DNA of 63,923 bases, filler included, from Saprolegnia diclina VS20 (taxonomy: Eukaryota): NCBI RefSeq assembly GCF_000281045.1. It is 3 parts of 2 records of this genome, joined end to end, with 100 filler letters (N's around TTAATTAATTAA, not from the genome) between each part and the next. Parts side by side here need not be neighbours in the genome. Positions count along the whole stretch, not along the records: positions 1 to 23,939 come from NW_008246074.1; 2 more parts are not named here. One strand, given 5' to 3'. Shown here in pieces: positions 1 through 12,386 of this stretch; within the stretch, counting starts at the first letter, position 1; each line of letters opens with the position of its first letter. The notes beneath the pieces are model-generated. The model was given only the letters and a program-made list of their open reading frames with translations. It was not told the DNA's origin and ran no database searches. The position numbers were made by a program, and so were the translations under genes.

Positions 1-544
1 AACGGTTTTGTGAGGATGGCGCGTCGCTGGCCGCAGTTTTCGCGCGCTTCACATGTGCGAATGTGATCCCTTATCGTACGTCGTCTTTCTCTGATGTGCC
101 TCGGCTTTCCGCAGGGGAATGGAGTCGCGCCTTCCATGATGTTGGCTAGAGCTCGTCGATTCCATAAGACAAAACTAACGTTGTTGAGCCACTTGGAGCT
201 GAGAGCACGCAACTTCTTCAACAGCCACTTACACTCGTATCATTCTATCGCTAGCAATCGACGCACACTACAGCACCGGTTTGTAGAGTGTAGCTGAACA
301 AGTGCGTCCTTCGCAGCCGCAGTCCTGACATCGGCGCGCACGCGTTTAAATTCAACGTTGGCTTGCACTAAGCGTACCATGAGCAATCGAATACAGACAG
401 AGTGTCCACATTGCGACGCTACCGGCGACACGGCATCTTGCTTGTGCGCCGAACGTGCCGTTGGCGTTTGAGTGGCACAGAATGTATGTCATGTCGAATG
501 CTGGTCTTTTGGTTTCGGACCACACAGAAAGGCCACATCCCAAT

Positions 545-1540
545 ATGCCTCTCTTTGAACAGACGCTCCCGATCGACGCTGCCGCCGTCGCCGCCATCGT
601 CGCGACGCACTACGATCTCTCGCTCGGCGCGCGCATCAAGGCCTCGCAGAACCACACGTTTCATGCGGTCGACGAGGCGACCGGCGCCAAGTGCGCGGTG
701 CGCGTGACGCCCGACCCGACGGGCCGCCACGTCCAGCGCATCCGTGACGAGCTCACGTTCGTCTCGTACGTCGCCGGCGCCGGCCTCGACCACGTCTGCG
801 CACCAGTGCCGCCCAAGGCACCTTCGCCGTCGCACCCGCTCTCGGTCGAAGTCGACGGCCTTGTCCTTGCAGTCTTTCATTGGGCGAACGGGTCGCCGGT
901 AGACTTTATGGCGTGGCAATGGATGCTGGACGCGTCGATCGTCAAGGCGTGGGGCGCCTTCTTTGGCCACCTCCATGTCTTGAGCCAGCGCTTTGGCAAC
1001 GAGCACCCGGAGGTAGCACTGCGGATTCAGCGCTACGATGCGATTCATGACGGCGTCCTCGCCGGCGCGCCGCTCAACGCGATCGATACCAGCCTCGAGG
1101 CGGACCCGTCGGCGTTTGGCATCATCCACGGCGACCTCAACTGCTCGAACTTTTTCCTCACGGACGCCAAGACGCTCTCCGTGTTTGATTGGGACCAGAC
1201 CATGCGCGGCTGGTACATGTACGACCTTGCGCAAGCGCTGTTTGGGCCCATCATGCTCGCGGGCGCCGGCGTCCCGATCGCTGGCACGCCCGTGCCCGAG
1301 GCCAACCCGGTGCAGTACCAGGCGTGGATGCTCGAAGGCTACACGAGCGTGCGCGGCCCCCTCTCGGCGACCGACCTATCGCACTTGGAGCGCATGGTCG
1401 ACCTCAAGCGTTCGTTCTACGAACGCTTTTGCCGTCGCGCGCTGGCCGAAGGCGACGTCCCACCCGACATGGCGCCGTTCATTACGTACATTGTGCAGTG
1501 GTTTGACAAAATGGCGGCGCAAAAGACGGCGACCAACTAG
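545..1540 (+). CDS. Aminoglycoside phosphotransferase / homoserine kinase type II-like kinase (APH family, YerI/AmiN-like), intronless
   Basis: ATG at 545 (MPLFEQ) lies in ORF 455..1540. It has the Brenner-type motif IIHGDLNCSNF and the metal-binding motif VFDWDQ..GWYMYDLA. The N-lobe reads SQNHTF...AVRVT...DELTF. Confidence 0.85.
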   Translation: MPLFEQTLPIDAAAVAAIVATHYDLSLGARIKASQNHTFHAVDEATGAKCAVRVTPDPTGRHVQRIRDELTFVSYVAGAGLDHVCAPVPPKAPSPSHPLSVEVDGLVLAVFHWANGSPVDFMAWQWMLDASIVKAWGAFFGHLHVLSQRFGNEHPEVALRIQRYDAIHDGVLAGAPLNAIDTSLEADPSAFGIIHGDLNCSNFFLTDAKTLSVFDWDQTMRGWYMYDLAQALFGPIMLAGAGVPIAGTPVPEANPVQYQAWMLEGYTSVRGPLSATDLSHLERMVDLKRSFYERFCRRALAEGDVPPDMAPFITYIVQWFDKMAAQKTATN

Positions 1541-1847
1541 GTTTTTCTAACCCTAAAATTTGCTTCCTGGGCGGTACTAGTCGAAGCAGGCAAATACGCT
1601 CAGAGAGGCGAGACCCGTTGAAGACTAGACTGTCGATTGCATTTGATGCCAGAATAAAAGAATGCACTAGTAAGGTGCGTTTGTGGCCTTGGTACTAGTA
1701 CAGCCGCCATGACTTTGATGCGAGTCGACATTCGAAAAGCCACTCGATTGGCCACGGCCGACCGTACCACCAAATTTGACAATATCGAGTGCCATCTCGT
1801 GCAATAGTTCAATTCTGTGCAACAGAAAATGAGCGAATATTCCACGA

Positions 1848-3929
1848 TTAAAACAGGGGTTTCGGGAGCAACGACGATGTTGGTGCCGACACGGGGGCGC
1901 CACACAGACTCGGCTTGCGCAGTCGGAGGCGGCTCTTGACGTGGTGTTGTCGAAAGCCGTGCATGACGCGGCGATACAGTGTATTGCGCTGGATCGCGCC
2001 GTCGTCGAGGCTTCGTCCAAACCGAAGGGTTCGGTCGACGCGCTTGTCCATCTCTTGCGTGAGCGGGTCGACCTCGTCGTCTGTCTCGTCGACCGACTCC
2101 ATGCGCCGGAGCCACTCGCGCCGCGCCGCACGCCGATGGCAGCCCGTGAGGCACCGAAAGATGCTTCGGGCGACAAAGAACAAAATGAGAAACGCCGAGA
2201 GCACAATCGCAACAAGAATGCCCGCCTTCATCGTCGTGATCACGTCCCAGACGAGCAGCATTTCGTTCTATACGTAGCATCCTTTGTTTATCTTTTGACA
2301 CTAGGGCAGTGAGAATATTGTCGGTACCCGCAACGACAGATTCTCTTGGTACACGCCTTCGAGCAGCGTCATGTACTTTTCATTCGACGACGTCAAAAAC
2401 TCGAGCTCCGAGTCGACAATGACGCGCTACGGCACAAAGAGTATCAAGAATCTATCAACCGAGTCGACGTACGAGTTCGTGCACGGCTTTGGTGAGATTG
2501 CTCATTTGCTCACTGAGGAGGGCGAGCTTGATCTAGTCGAACGCAGCGCTGTCAAGGACACTCCATTCTACACTGCACATACCTGCGCGTCCACCGCAGC
2601 GGGCTTGAGCGTCTCGGACACGGTGCGTTCGAGGCTGCTCTGGTTGGCTTCCAGGGCTTGGACTAGTCAGTAGTTGCATCAAACACCACCATCCACGAGC
2701 TCCAAATGTACTCTTCTTGGACATGCGAATGTAAAAGTTGTCGAGGCCCTTCTGCTCGTCGCCCGAAACGCCATTGCTGCTCGTGGAAGATGAGCCGTTG
2801 GTCGTCTTGCCATGCTCGTGGGCCTTGGTGTGGTTGGCGCTATCGTCGACGACGGTCGTGGCGGCTGGACTGTGGTTCTCGGGTGTGGTCTTGGTCGACG
2901 GGGCATGGCTTGCGCTCGTCGCATTGGCGGCCGAAGCGTTTGCTGGCGGTTGGTGTGCTGTCGTCGGCTTCTCGGTGGGTGGCGGCGATGTTGGCAGCGG
3001 CTCACACACCTCCACGTCCCACGGCAAGACGACGTCGGGCACGGGGCACATCGAGTCGAAGATCGTACTTGAGGTCGGTGAGGGAACGACCACCTCAATC
3101 GTCGGTGGTTCGATCGCTGGCGGCGCGAGAGTCGGCTCTTCGTGAATACTGCGCTCGAGCTGCGAGATAACTTGAGTAAACGTGCGTCCGTAGACCTTGA
3201 TCTGGCTCATCGTGCAATAGTACTCGGCGCCGTAATGCGAGTTGAGGCGGAGCTTGAGGTACCGCACATGGTGCTTCTCCTGAAAGTGGAAGAGCTGGTC
3301 GCCGTTCTTGTGCAACGCGGTGAAGTGGCCAAGGACGACCCACGTATCGGTCGGGTAGTTGATGCTGCCAAGCACCTACCGCATGCCATGAGCCTCCACG
3401 AAGGATACGATGGACGGATTCGTACGAGGAATTCTTTGGTCATCGACGAGAACTTTTCGTAGTTGGCGATCGAGATCGCGTCGGCGTGGATGTCTTCCGA
3501 GAGCGAGATGACGATCCACTTCTTGTCGGCCGAGCACGGAATGAGCATGTACCGGTCCTTATCGGGCACGAGGAGGTTCACCGAGCCCTTCGTGCCCGGC
3601 GCATGGTCGAGGACCGTCGCGCCAGAGTCCTTCGACGCGTAGTTCTGCCGCTGGCCGCCATCGCTGTCTTGGACTTCCATCGAGTTGGAGCTCGGGTTGT
3701 ACAGGCCGCGGTCGACCTCAATGTCGATCTCGGCAATGTTCTCGGCAATGTCCGAGGACCGCGCCGCAACCGCGTCGTCGGGCTCGGCGCGCTCGTGGTG
3801 CACCTGCGGCGACGGCGTGGCGGACCCACTGCTGCTGCTCTCGACCTCGCCGGGCGCGACGATGCCATGGGCGAGGGCCATGAGGAGGACGAGGCTGGCA
3901 GCCAGCACCAGGACGGGGCGACCGCGCAT
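1848..3929 (-). CDS. Mid-SUN domain protein (SLP1/SUCO-like), multi-exon: signal peptide, SUN domain, coiled coil, C-terminal TM helix
   Basis: Hydrophobic N-terminus. SUN motifs NYASKDSGATVL, LLVPDKDRYML.PC, IANYEKFSS, RYLKLRLNSHYGAEYYCTMSQIKVYG. The last exon (ORF 1848..2261) carries the TM segment GILVAIVLSAFLILFFV. The ORF pieces are joined by short GT-AG introns. Confidence 0.85.
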
Positions 3930-4565
3930 GCTTGATGCTTGCCGACGGGCCTATTTTTGTATCGCCGGGTCGATTTCCGCTGGATTTTGACCAATCAAAC
4001 ACGTGGAATCGAAACGCGGTGTCGCAGGTAGAGAAGAGACGCATGGGACGCTGCTGCTGGACGACGACGATGGCGATGACGACGACGAGCTCGATGGCTC
4101 ATGCAGCGCCGAGCGAGGCGCGCTAGCATGCTGCTTGCAGGACCGGCGACGTCTTCTCTGCGTACCGTATCGGGCCAACTTGTTGAAGTTGCCTTGGTCA
4201 CGTTGGGGATGGGCCTGGTTTCGTCGACGCCGCCAAGCGGCGCGGCCGTTGGCATACAGTACTCTGCGCGATGCGCCGGCCTCGACCAACGACACTAGCG
4301 TCTTGGGCGCATCATGAGAACTCCCATCCAACTAGATATGTCGGACCCAACCAGATCCAGACCACGGGTTGACCAGATGTGGCACTTTGCCAGATGCAGC
4401 CAACATTCGTACGGTGGCCTGTGTACACTGCTGCTCGAGCGCAGGACGCGGATGTGGGCGAGAGCGGGATGTCAGAAATAGAGTTTATGAACGGGTTCGG
4501 CAAGACGCCAGGTCATTGTGGCATGAGCTCCAGACGTGCGCGGACCCCACGACTCGTGTTTCCGC

Positions 4566-5441
4566 TTAGTCTTTGCGCGTCTTGAGCACCTTGGTGGTGA
4601 CGCCGTCCTTGGTCCTACGCGACAATGGCATGATCAGCAAGAGCGAGACAAGGTGCCACAATGTACAAGATGTGGACGACACCGCCCCAGCCCGAGAGCG
4701 CGTCTCGGTTGCACGCCGACAAGAGGCACTGCGAGATGGTTTCAAAGAGGTCCTCGGGCTCCTGTTCAGCAGACGCATGAGTCCCAAGACGCATCTCGCG
4801 AGGTGGAAGGTACCAAGTCGGGGCGATATAGGGATTCGCACATGCCGTGCAAGGCTTCTTCCATTGTCCCTGCGACGACGTAGTCCTTCGTGAAGAGCTC
4901 ACAGCCCAGGCAGTCCATGCTCGAAAGGAACGGCTTGTTCTCGGGCGTCAAGCCGGCGACGATGGGCTCGACAAACCAGGGGCCAAACCTGCGGTGAGCG
5001 CTGCAGTCGCCATGGCACGCTGACATGTACGTACCGCTTCTCGTACATCATGTTGGAGATCATGGCGCTGAGCGTCTTGGCCTTGATTTCGCGTTCCTCT
5101 TGCATCTTGTACATGTTGAGCTTAAAGCGGAGGAGCTGCGAGACGCTTTGCACGTCCGTGGCCAAGCCAGAGAGGCCGAGGAACGTCTTGTCGTTGAGGC
5201 GGAAGACCTTTTGGAAGTCGGTCGAGATCGTCTGGCCCTGCACGCCCATGCGCGTATCGCTAGTCATCGCAGGATAAGATTGCGGCACGAGGATGGTGCT
5301 CGTCGTACCAGGCAATCGCGACGCAGTCCTTGCCCGCCATCGCGATGATGGCGGCCCCGTTGTAGGCCATGATGCTCTACATAGGCCATGAGCCTCGGGT
5401 CATTGCCATAGCATCTGGACGACGCCGGCCTCGCATACCAT
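4566..5441 (-). CDS. PSMB3: 20S proteasome subunit beta type-3, multi-exon
   Basis: Spliced product reads M-SIMAYNGAAIIAMAGKDCVAIA-SDTRMGVQ...RFGPWFVEPIVAGL...NRDALSGWGGVVH...LKTRKD*. The first coding exon is the ATG alone (5441-5439), followed by a GTATGC donor. Confidence 0.95.
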
Positions 5442-5739
5442 GTTGCTCCGTCTGCGGCTCAGAAGCTTTGATTTCTGCGGCTTAGTTTCTTTGGCCGAGA
5501 ACCTCTAGCAATGGATACCCCGTCGATCTTTCGACCGCAAGAAAAGCGCGATAAATGATAGCTTTAACGTATGGATCCAATCTCTCACACTATCAATGTA
5601 TTAATATACAGTTTCAAAGGTTTTATTGTAATATAGTGTAGATCCGAGAATACTGTACTATAAGACCATTTACACTATATGAAGATTTTCACACACTATT
5701 CCACCGTCGATCGTGGCACCGCTTGGCAAGATCCCGCTC

Positions 5740-6445
5740 ATGACCGCACCGCTCATGGAGTTCCATCCGTCCATGTCGCTCGAGCACCATGCTGCGCCGA
5801 CGTCGATCATCAAGCAGCCATCGCCAGCCATAAGCTCAGGTAGGCGCTGAGCGGAAACGGTCATCACGGCCCACGCAGCACTTGCAGGCGCACCCGACCG
5901 TCCAAGCGCTCCCGATCCCGACCGCGTGTGGCACGACGTCAATGACGTACGCACGCCGATATGCATCAAAGTGCCAACGGCCCCATTAGACGCTTCATTC
6001 CCTTGCGGCGCTTGATGCACCGCTGGCGGCGGACGACAGCGCGGCCATCGAGAAGCTCCAGCAGCTCAAGAAGCTCCACTCGATCTGCCATATCCTTTCG
6101 CCCGCTGCCGCCCACGTCTCTATATGCACATAGCGTCCTTAGCACGATGCACACTCACGCGAGACGCATGTGCAGACGATCAAGCTCGGGCTTATGGCCG
6201 AGCGCAATGCGTATGTGGCCAAGCTCGTCGCACTCCAAGCGTACGTCATTTTCAGGATCGACCTGTCATTCGACAGCCCACGTAGGCACGCAAGGACGCT
6301 GGCCGCCGACTCGGTCGTCCGAACCACGCTGCTGCAGAGTCTGGCCAAGCTCAAGACCTCCATCCACCATCCTCCTTCCAACAACAGCACTTCTGGTAGT
6401 GCACATCATCATCACCACCATAGTTCGTCGACCGGTAAGAAGTAA
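5740..6445 (+). CDS. Hypothetical multi-exon protein with a short coiled-coil (EB1-C-like) segment and His-rich tail
   Basis: Hand-spliced product reads MTAPLMEFHPSM...AAIEKLQQLKKLH...TIKLGLMAERNAYVAKLVALQ...HHHHHHSSSTGKK*. About four short GT-AG introns are plausible. Confidence 0.5.
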
Positions 6446-6494
6446 TTCGTCAACGAAACCTCATGGCTTGCATGGTCTACCTACTCTTGTGGGC

Positions 6495-9173
6495 TCATGC
6501 TGCCTCGTCATCATCGAGCGGCTCGCCATCGACATCGTCCAGCGGCTCGCCGTCCACATCGTCGTCGAGCGGCTCGCCATCGAGGTCGTCGTCATCCTGG
6601 TTGCCATCAAGAGGCATGCCATCAATGTCATCGTCCTCTCCGCCCATGGGCGCATCCGGCATCTCGTCCATGGGTGCGCCATCAAGGTCGTCGTCGCCCT
6701 GGTTCTTGGCGCTTGTGGGTGCTTTCGCGACGCTGGTGAAGCGCTGGAGCATGGCGAGGCAGGCGTACATGTCGAGCGTCGAGCCCGACGAGACAAGACC
6801 TGCTTGCTTGCACTTGCGCTTGAGGCGGTCCTCCGAGAGGTTCAAAATCTCGGGGCCCAAGACGCTGCGTGGGTCGACGTCGGACGGGTCCTTCTTGGCG
6901 AGGAATGTCGCGTTGAGGCCGAGGAGGTACGATGGCGGGAAGAGACTCCAGTTCTCCCACGCATTCAGCACCGAGAGCACCTACAGCGAGATTGATTATC
7001 CATACGGTCCATATCCAGCCACGCAACGTACCTTGTCGCGCATCAGATTGAACGACATACGGCCGACAATCGTTTGGTGCACGTGGTTGAGCACTTGCAT
7101 GATCTCGGGAAGACACTCTTCAAACTGTGTTCGGTACAGCGACGCGTTCTTCTTCGGGGCGGTCGAGTTGTGCAGAATGTCCGAGATCACATACAGCCGC
7201 GCGACATAGGTCATGGGCGGCAGCAGCAACTTCTCGTCATCGTCAGCGGCGTACTCGACGCGGAACGCTTTGGCGACGATGCTCACAATGTCGACGGCGC
7301 ACTCCGAGTGGTCAAGCGCGAACGCCATCACATCGCAGATCGCGTCCCGTTCCAAACTCACGTCTTCGAGGAGCTCGCAAAAGTCGTCGTAGCCGTCTGC
7401 GTCCAGGAGATTGCGCTGACGGCCCCTACACGTCAAACATGTAGCTCTGTCGACGGGGCAAGAAGAAAGCCTACTCTTCCTTGTCCCGCGCCGCCGCCAA
7501 CTGGGCCCCGGTCATGACGGCACCCTTCTCTATGGTCGACAGATGACTTTGTGGACTGTTGGCATCCCGCGTGAAGCGGTGGTGCGTGCGGCGGGCTGGG
7601 CGCGGCGACCGCGCAGGACTCGGGCTCCGAGACCGCGGCGCGCCGTCGCGCACCGACGACGACGCACTGTCCCGCGGCGGCGGCGGAAGGTACACGAGCC
7701 CGTTCTCGCCGGGGATCGGGTCGCGGCCCCAGCGGTAGTCGTTCTCGCCGCGCCGCAGCGAGAGCACCTTCCACTTGTAGTAGTGAAACAAGCTCGAGTT
7801 GTGGTCGGTCAGAAACAGAAACCGGTCGTCCGGGCGCAGCCGCATCGCGTCTTCCATCTGCGGACCGCCTTCGGCCTACGAGACGATGTCACAAGCCATA
7901 GTCGGGGATGCTGACGTACGACGCACTCGGCAAACCGGTTGACGTATCGCACGGTATCCTTGTCCGGGAGCTCGACGATGATGGGCGGACGAGCGAAGGG
8001 CAAGCCGCGCGGTGGCCCCGACAATGGCGTTCCCGTCATCATTGTCGGACGCGGCGGCGGCGGTCCTATCGCACATTCGAGGATGACGTGGGCACTTGCG
8101 ACGCGCGAACCTGGAAACGGCGGACGTGGCGGGAACCCCATCGAAGGCGGTGGCGGGCGCGCAAACATCGGTGGCGGTGTCATGAGCGGTCGCGGGAATG
8201 CCACGGGCGGCGCAAACATCGAGGACGGCTTGGGGGCGTCCATGCGGACGGCTTTGCCCCACCCGACCATGATCTCTTGCCCGTCCACCTACGGTCATGA
8301 GGCATCCGGGGTTTGGAAGAGACCCAACGTACAATGCGTTCGTTCAAGTGCACACGCGCGTCGTCGGCGTCGTCGCGTCGGCGAAAGCATACAAAGCCCG
8401 TGAGCCGGCCGCGAAGCCGCTCTTCGTCGTTGCGCGGCCACATGATCTTGACCGAGTAGATGGCGCCGTACTCTTCAAAGATCGTCTAGCAGGTGCCATG
8501 AGTATGCAGTGAGAAGAGGATGGCGGTCAACCCGGAGCGCATCTTCCGTGATCGTGGGCGGGAGGTTGCCGACGTACAGATTGGTCGTGTCGCCAACGCC
8601 GTCGTCGTGGGACCCGCCAATGTCGCGGTGGGGGTAGACGTCGACGGCCGGCGCGGGCTCAAACTTACTGCATTTGCGTCAAGCATTACCATTCAGCAAG
8701 CAGAGGAGGTAGTACTGTTCTTTGATCTCTTGGAGAAAGAGGTCCATCTCGCGGATCTTCTTGCGGGGCACGTCGACGACCGGCGGTTCGTCCTCGTCGT
8801 CCATCGCAAACGCAAAGGCTTTTGCCGACGTCGACGACGACGACGACTTGGCCGACGACGACCGCGCTGGTCCTGGCATCGGGCGGCGCAGCGGTGGCGG
8901 CGTCTCGTACCGCTGCGGCGTGTACGCTGGTGCGCTCAACGCGCCGGCTTGCACGAACGCCTGTCGCGGCTCGTGCTCGAACGAGGCAACGAACGACTCG
9001 TAGACCTTGGCGGCCTCCTCGTCCGCGATGCGCTTCTTGCGCTCCTGCTCCTCGCGCTCCTTGTCGAACTTGGTCTTCTTCTGCGTCGCCATCGAGAAGC
9101 GCGGGACGCCATCCTCCGGTCGCTTGGCCCCGTCCTCGTACAGCTTGCGCTTCCGCTGTCGCTCGTCGTCCAT
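6495..9173 (-). CDS. U2SURP: U2 snRNP-associated SURP motif-containing protein (SR140/RRC1-like): RRM, SURP, CID, SAP-like, acidic DG.P repeats
   Basis: RRM motifs TTNLYVGNLPP and KIMWPRNDEER...TGFVCF, plus IMVGWGKAV. SURP motif FLFL...YYKWK. CID motifs ARLYVISDILHNS and VLNAWENWSLFP. C-terminal DDLDGEPL repeats. Confidence 0.92.
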
Positions 9174-9431
9174 CGTTGGTCGCTTGATCTTTGGCCACAA
9201 CTTCGTCGAAGCAACCAATGCCATTTCTGTATTCTATGACGTTCTATTTGAATCGCATTTAAATCATCATGTTTATTGGTGCCTTCGATCTTCGGTGCTA
9301 CGCCCACAGCGGATCTTGTGGGCAACGTCGACCACGCACCGCCAGCTCGAGCTCGGCCCACTGCATTCCGCTTGCATGCTTCTCTTGTTATGCTTATTGG
9401 CAAGGCGAATGCTAGCGGCTTCACGAATAGC

Positions 9432-10486
9432 TCACGGACCCGCGGCGATACCCTTGGCCAGCGCGTAGAGCCCGGCGACGACCTCATTCCCCTGATGCCG
9501 GATCGTGCTCGCGGGTACGACAAAGTCGGTGCCTGCAATCTCGATCGTCAGCGACGGCTTGCGGAGCGTTCGCCAGCCATAGTCTCGAAAGGTGCCGACA
9601 AGCACTTGGTCGTCGAGCCGCTGCCCACTCGAGTAGTTGCTGCCCATAGCGCTTGCCACCGCACTGGCCAAGGCACGCATGACAGGCGGCGGCGCCGTGC
9701 GCGTGTCTGCATACGGGTGCAGCACCATGCCCGCGTACGAGTGTACATCAACGACGGCCAATAGCTGCGACTGCGTCGAGTTGAGGTACGCCGCTAGTGT
9801 CGAAGTTTCCATTTCGCTCAGCGCATGGGTGCCTGGATATGTGTCCGAGTCGCGCTGCACGCTGGCCGCCGTCGACCAGAACGGGTTGGGCCAGTTGCGG
9901 TTGAGGTCTACGTCGCGGCGGTTCTTGCGCCGATAACGCTGGTCCGTCGTCCACGTCGCCGTGTAGCCATCGACGTTGACGACGGGCACGACGACCACAT
10001 CAAAGGGGAGGCCCGTCGATCCCGTCGTATCCAAGAGTGCAGCAATCACATAGACAGCAGTAGCAGCGGCAATCCACTCGCGCGCATGCTGCGTGGCTTG
10101 GACGTAGAGCGTCGATGCAGCCTGCGCCTGGGATGGTCGACCGCCGGACCGCACCTTGTACGCACGTATCGCCTGCCCTACGGTATGCGTCAAGCTACGA
10201 CTGTCGCTTGCGCAAGAGTTGTCTTACCGCTCGTCGCAGAGCCCACTGGAAACGAGGTCAGCAACGTGGGATGACGAAGTTGGAGCGCCGACAAGAAGGC
10301 GTCCATGTGCGAGAGCGGGCGGAAGCACTCGAAGAAACCACTCGCACGGAGCGAGCCTGTCGCCAACGAGCCAAAGCCGTGGGCCAGATGGCACGCCTCG
10401 TTGGCGACAACGTCCGCACTCGTCAGCGCGTTGGCCATTCCCGCGACAAGAGCCGCACAAAGCATCGCTGCTATGGAATGAGCCAT
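9432..10486 (-). CDS. Secreted zinc carboxypeptidase (peptidase M14)
   Basis: Signal peptide MAHSIAAMLCAALVAGMANA. Zinc motif HAREW, PVVNVDGY, RRKNR..VDLNRNW, DVHSY, and catalytic Glu in SLTIEI. One intron near 10160-10195. Confidence 0.92.
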
Positions 10487-10684
10487 TGTTTCACTGGGTT
10501 TTGGGCGCGAGAGAAGCGCCACTCGGTGATGGCTACCGATGATGCTCGGTCCCCCGCCATCTCGCTTGCGGCCGAGGACAGTTGCGATACTAGATGTAGA
10601 CTCCCATCACTCGTTGCCAACCAATCTCGCGCCTGCTGGTCGAGTTCCTCGAGTGCCCACGCAATAATCAAACATCAAGATCGC

Positions 10685-12264
10685 TTAGTCGCCTTCCAAC
10701 TCGGCAAGTTGCGCCTCATAAGCGTCCAAGTCGGTGGCGACGCAGACCGAGAGAAGCTCAGCGAGATGGTGCTGCAGAATGCGGTTGCGCATATCCACAA
10801 GGACGCGGCTCGTTCTATCGACGCTGGCTTCGGTGCGCACCAAGCGCTTGAGGAGCGCGGCCAGCATCGCCTGCGAAAGCATTTGCTCGCATGCATCCTG
10901 CACCGCATCAACGGCCATGAGCCCGACGTCACGTAACATGAAGACGACTACCTGGAACAGAATGCGGTCGCCTTGCTGCGCCAAAAGCTGCAGCATACTT
11001 GAGAGCAGCGCGTGATTCAGCAGGCTCGTCGAGGCATCTTCGATGAGCGCTCGATCTTTCACCATCAAAAGAACAGCGTTCGCGTCTCTGGCCTCCTCGA
11101 CAGCAACCGTGGCCATCTCTGAAAGCAATGACGGGAGCGTCTAGCATCGTCATACGATGACGGATGACAAGGACACGTGGCAGACCTCGGCGCACACGAT
11201 AGACCACACGCTGTGGCACTGCTCGTCGTGGTGCGCGCTAAGTACAACAGAGCGCAATTCGTCCATCAGCAGCGCGGCGTAGACACTGGACGCGTCCGTG
11301 TCCGTCAAGTAGGACGTCACCAGGTGCGCGATGGCTAACAAAGACACGCACTAGACAGTGGCATGCAAAGGCGCCGGCCTACTCTCGTGGACCACGTCAA
11401 GAAGTCGCGGCCGCAACAGGTCCGTGAGCAGGGCTTCCATCAACGACTCGAGTGGGTCCTCGTCTGGTACTACCGTCGTTGTGGTCTGCAGGAATTCTTG
11501 GACCAGACGCTGGATCGTTGTCTGCAGGTGATGGATACACGCCTGGTCAGATCCAGTGTACGATTCTCAGAGGCGACCTACGTGCACAATGTCCAAGAGG
11601 AGCGAGCGCACGGCGCTATCGAGGACGTCGCCGTAGACTGCCTCCACTGCCTCCTTCTGTCGTGGTGATGCCTGGACGAGGAATGACGGCCATACTGCGT
11701 TGATGCGTTGCTACCTCGATCGCTGTTGTTTGCGATGTAAAGAGCTCGATCAAGAGATCCGGGATGAGCTCGGTGCGAACGACTTCATCGACGAGGTCGT
11801 TCATGGCGGCGACGACACGCAACGACTGGTCCCGTCGCGCTGCTGCGTGTCGCTCCCGCACATGCGCTCGGCGTCGTAGGAAGCTCCGCACGTGGCCCTA
11901 GCACCGACCGTTGACGTCGGTATGATAGGCATGAACGCACTTGGATTACACGCGCTGCCCAGTCCTGGAGCACGCGCGTCGTCCGGAGATTGCCAATGCG
12001 GTAGAGCGGACCTGGCGCCAGGCCCCTGGTTCTTGAAGCCAGCGATTCAGTTGTTGCGGTTGCGTCGTCGCGCCTCGCCGGCGCCAAGAGAATCATATCG
12101 CGCGTGCCATGCTCGCGAAGGCGAAGGCCACCGGCGTTTGGGACACCGCGGTCGTTTGCATCGTTGCTTGTTCTTGGCGTCGTCGATCGACAGCGCTGCG
12201 CGTCGTGTAGCCTGGCTATTATTCCATGCGCCATCTTCATCGCCATCCATATCGCACCTTCCAT
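10685..12264 (-). CDS. Hypothetical multi-exon helical protein with an IQ (calmodulin-binding) motif; boundaries uncertain
   Basis: Removing intron 11898..11940 gives WAARVIQGHVRSFLRRR (IQxxxRxxxxR). Downstream exons encode helical, acidic/leucine-rich segments (ORFs 11616..11891, 11150..11347, 10685..11128). Confidence 0.5.
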
Positions 12265-12386
12265 GCCGCATGCAGGCAGTGCGTCGAAGCCGCGAAGGAT
12301 GCGGCGCGGGATGGCAGACGCGGGCGGCGACGGGAAGGCGGACGCGGGCAGCGACGGCGGCGCAATGTTGGTCGACCGTCTGGCAA

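Noticed and set aside
6495..6700. Imperfect tandem repeats resembling a repeat array
   Set aside because: These are coding acidic DxDGxP repeats normal for the U2SURP family. They are not CRISPR or a mobile element.
10471..10684. ORF extending the IQ-motif gene to overlap the carboxypeptidase start
   Set aside because: No clear GT donor links it to the upstream exon, which has its own stop at 10685.
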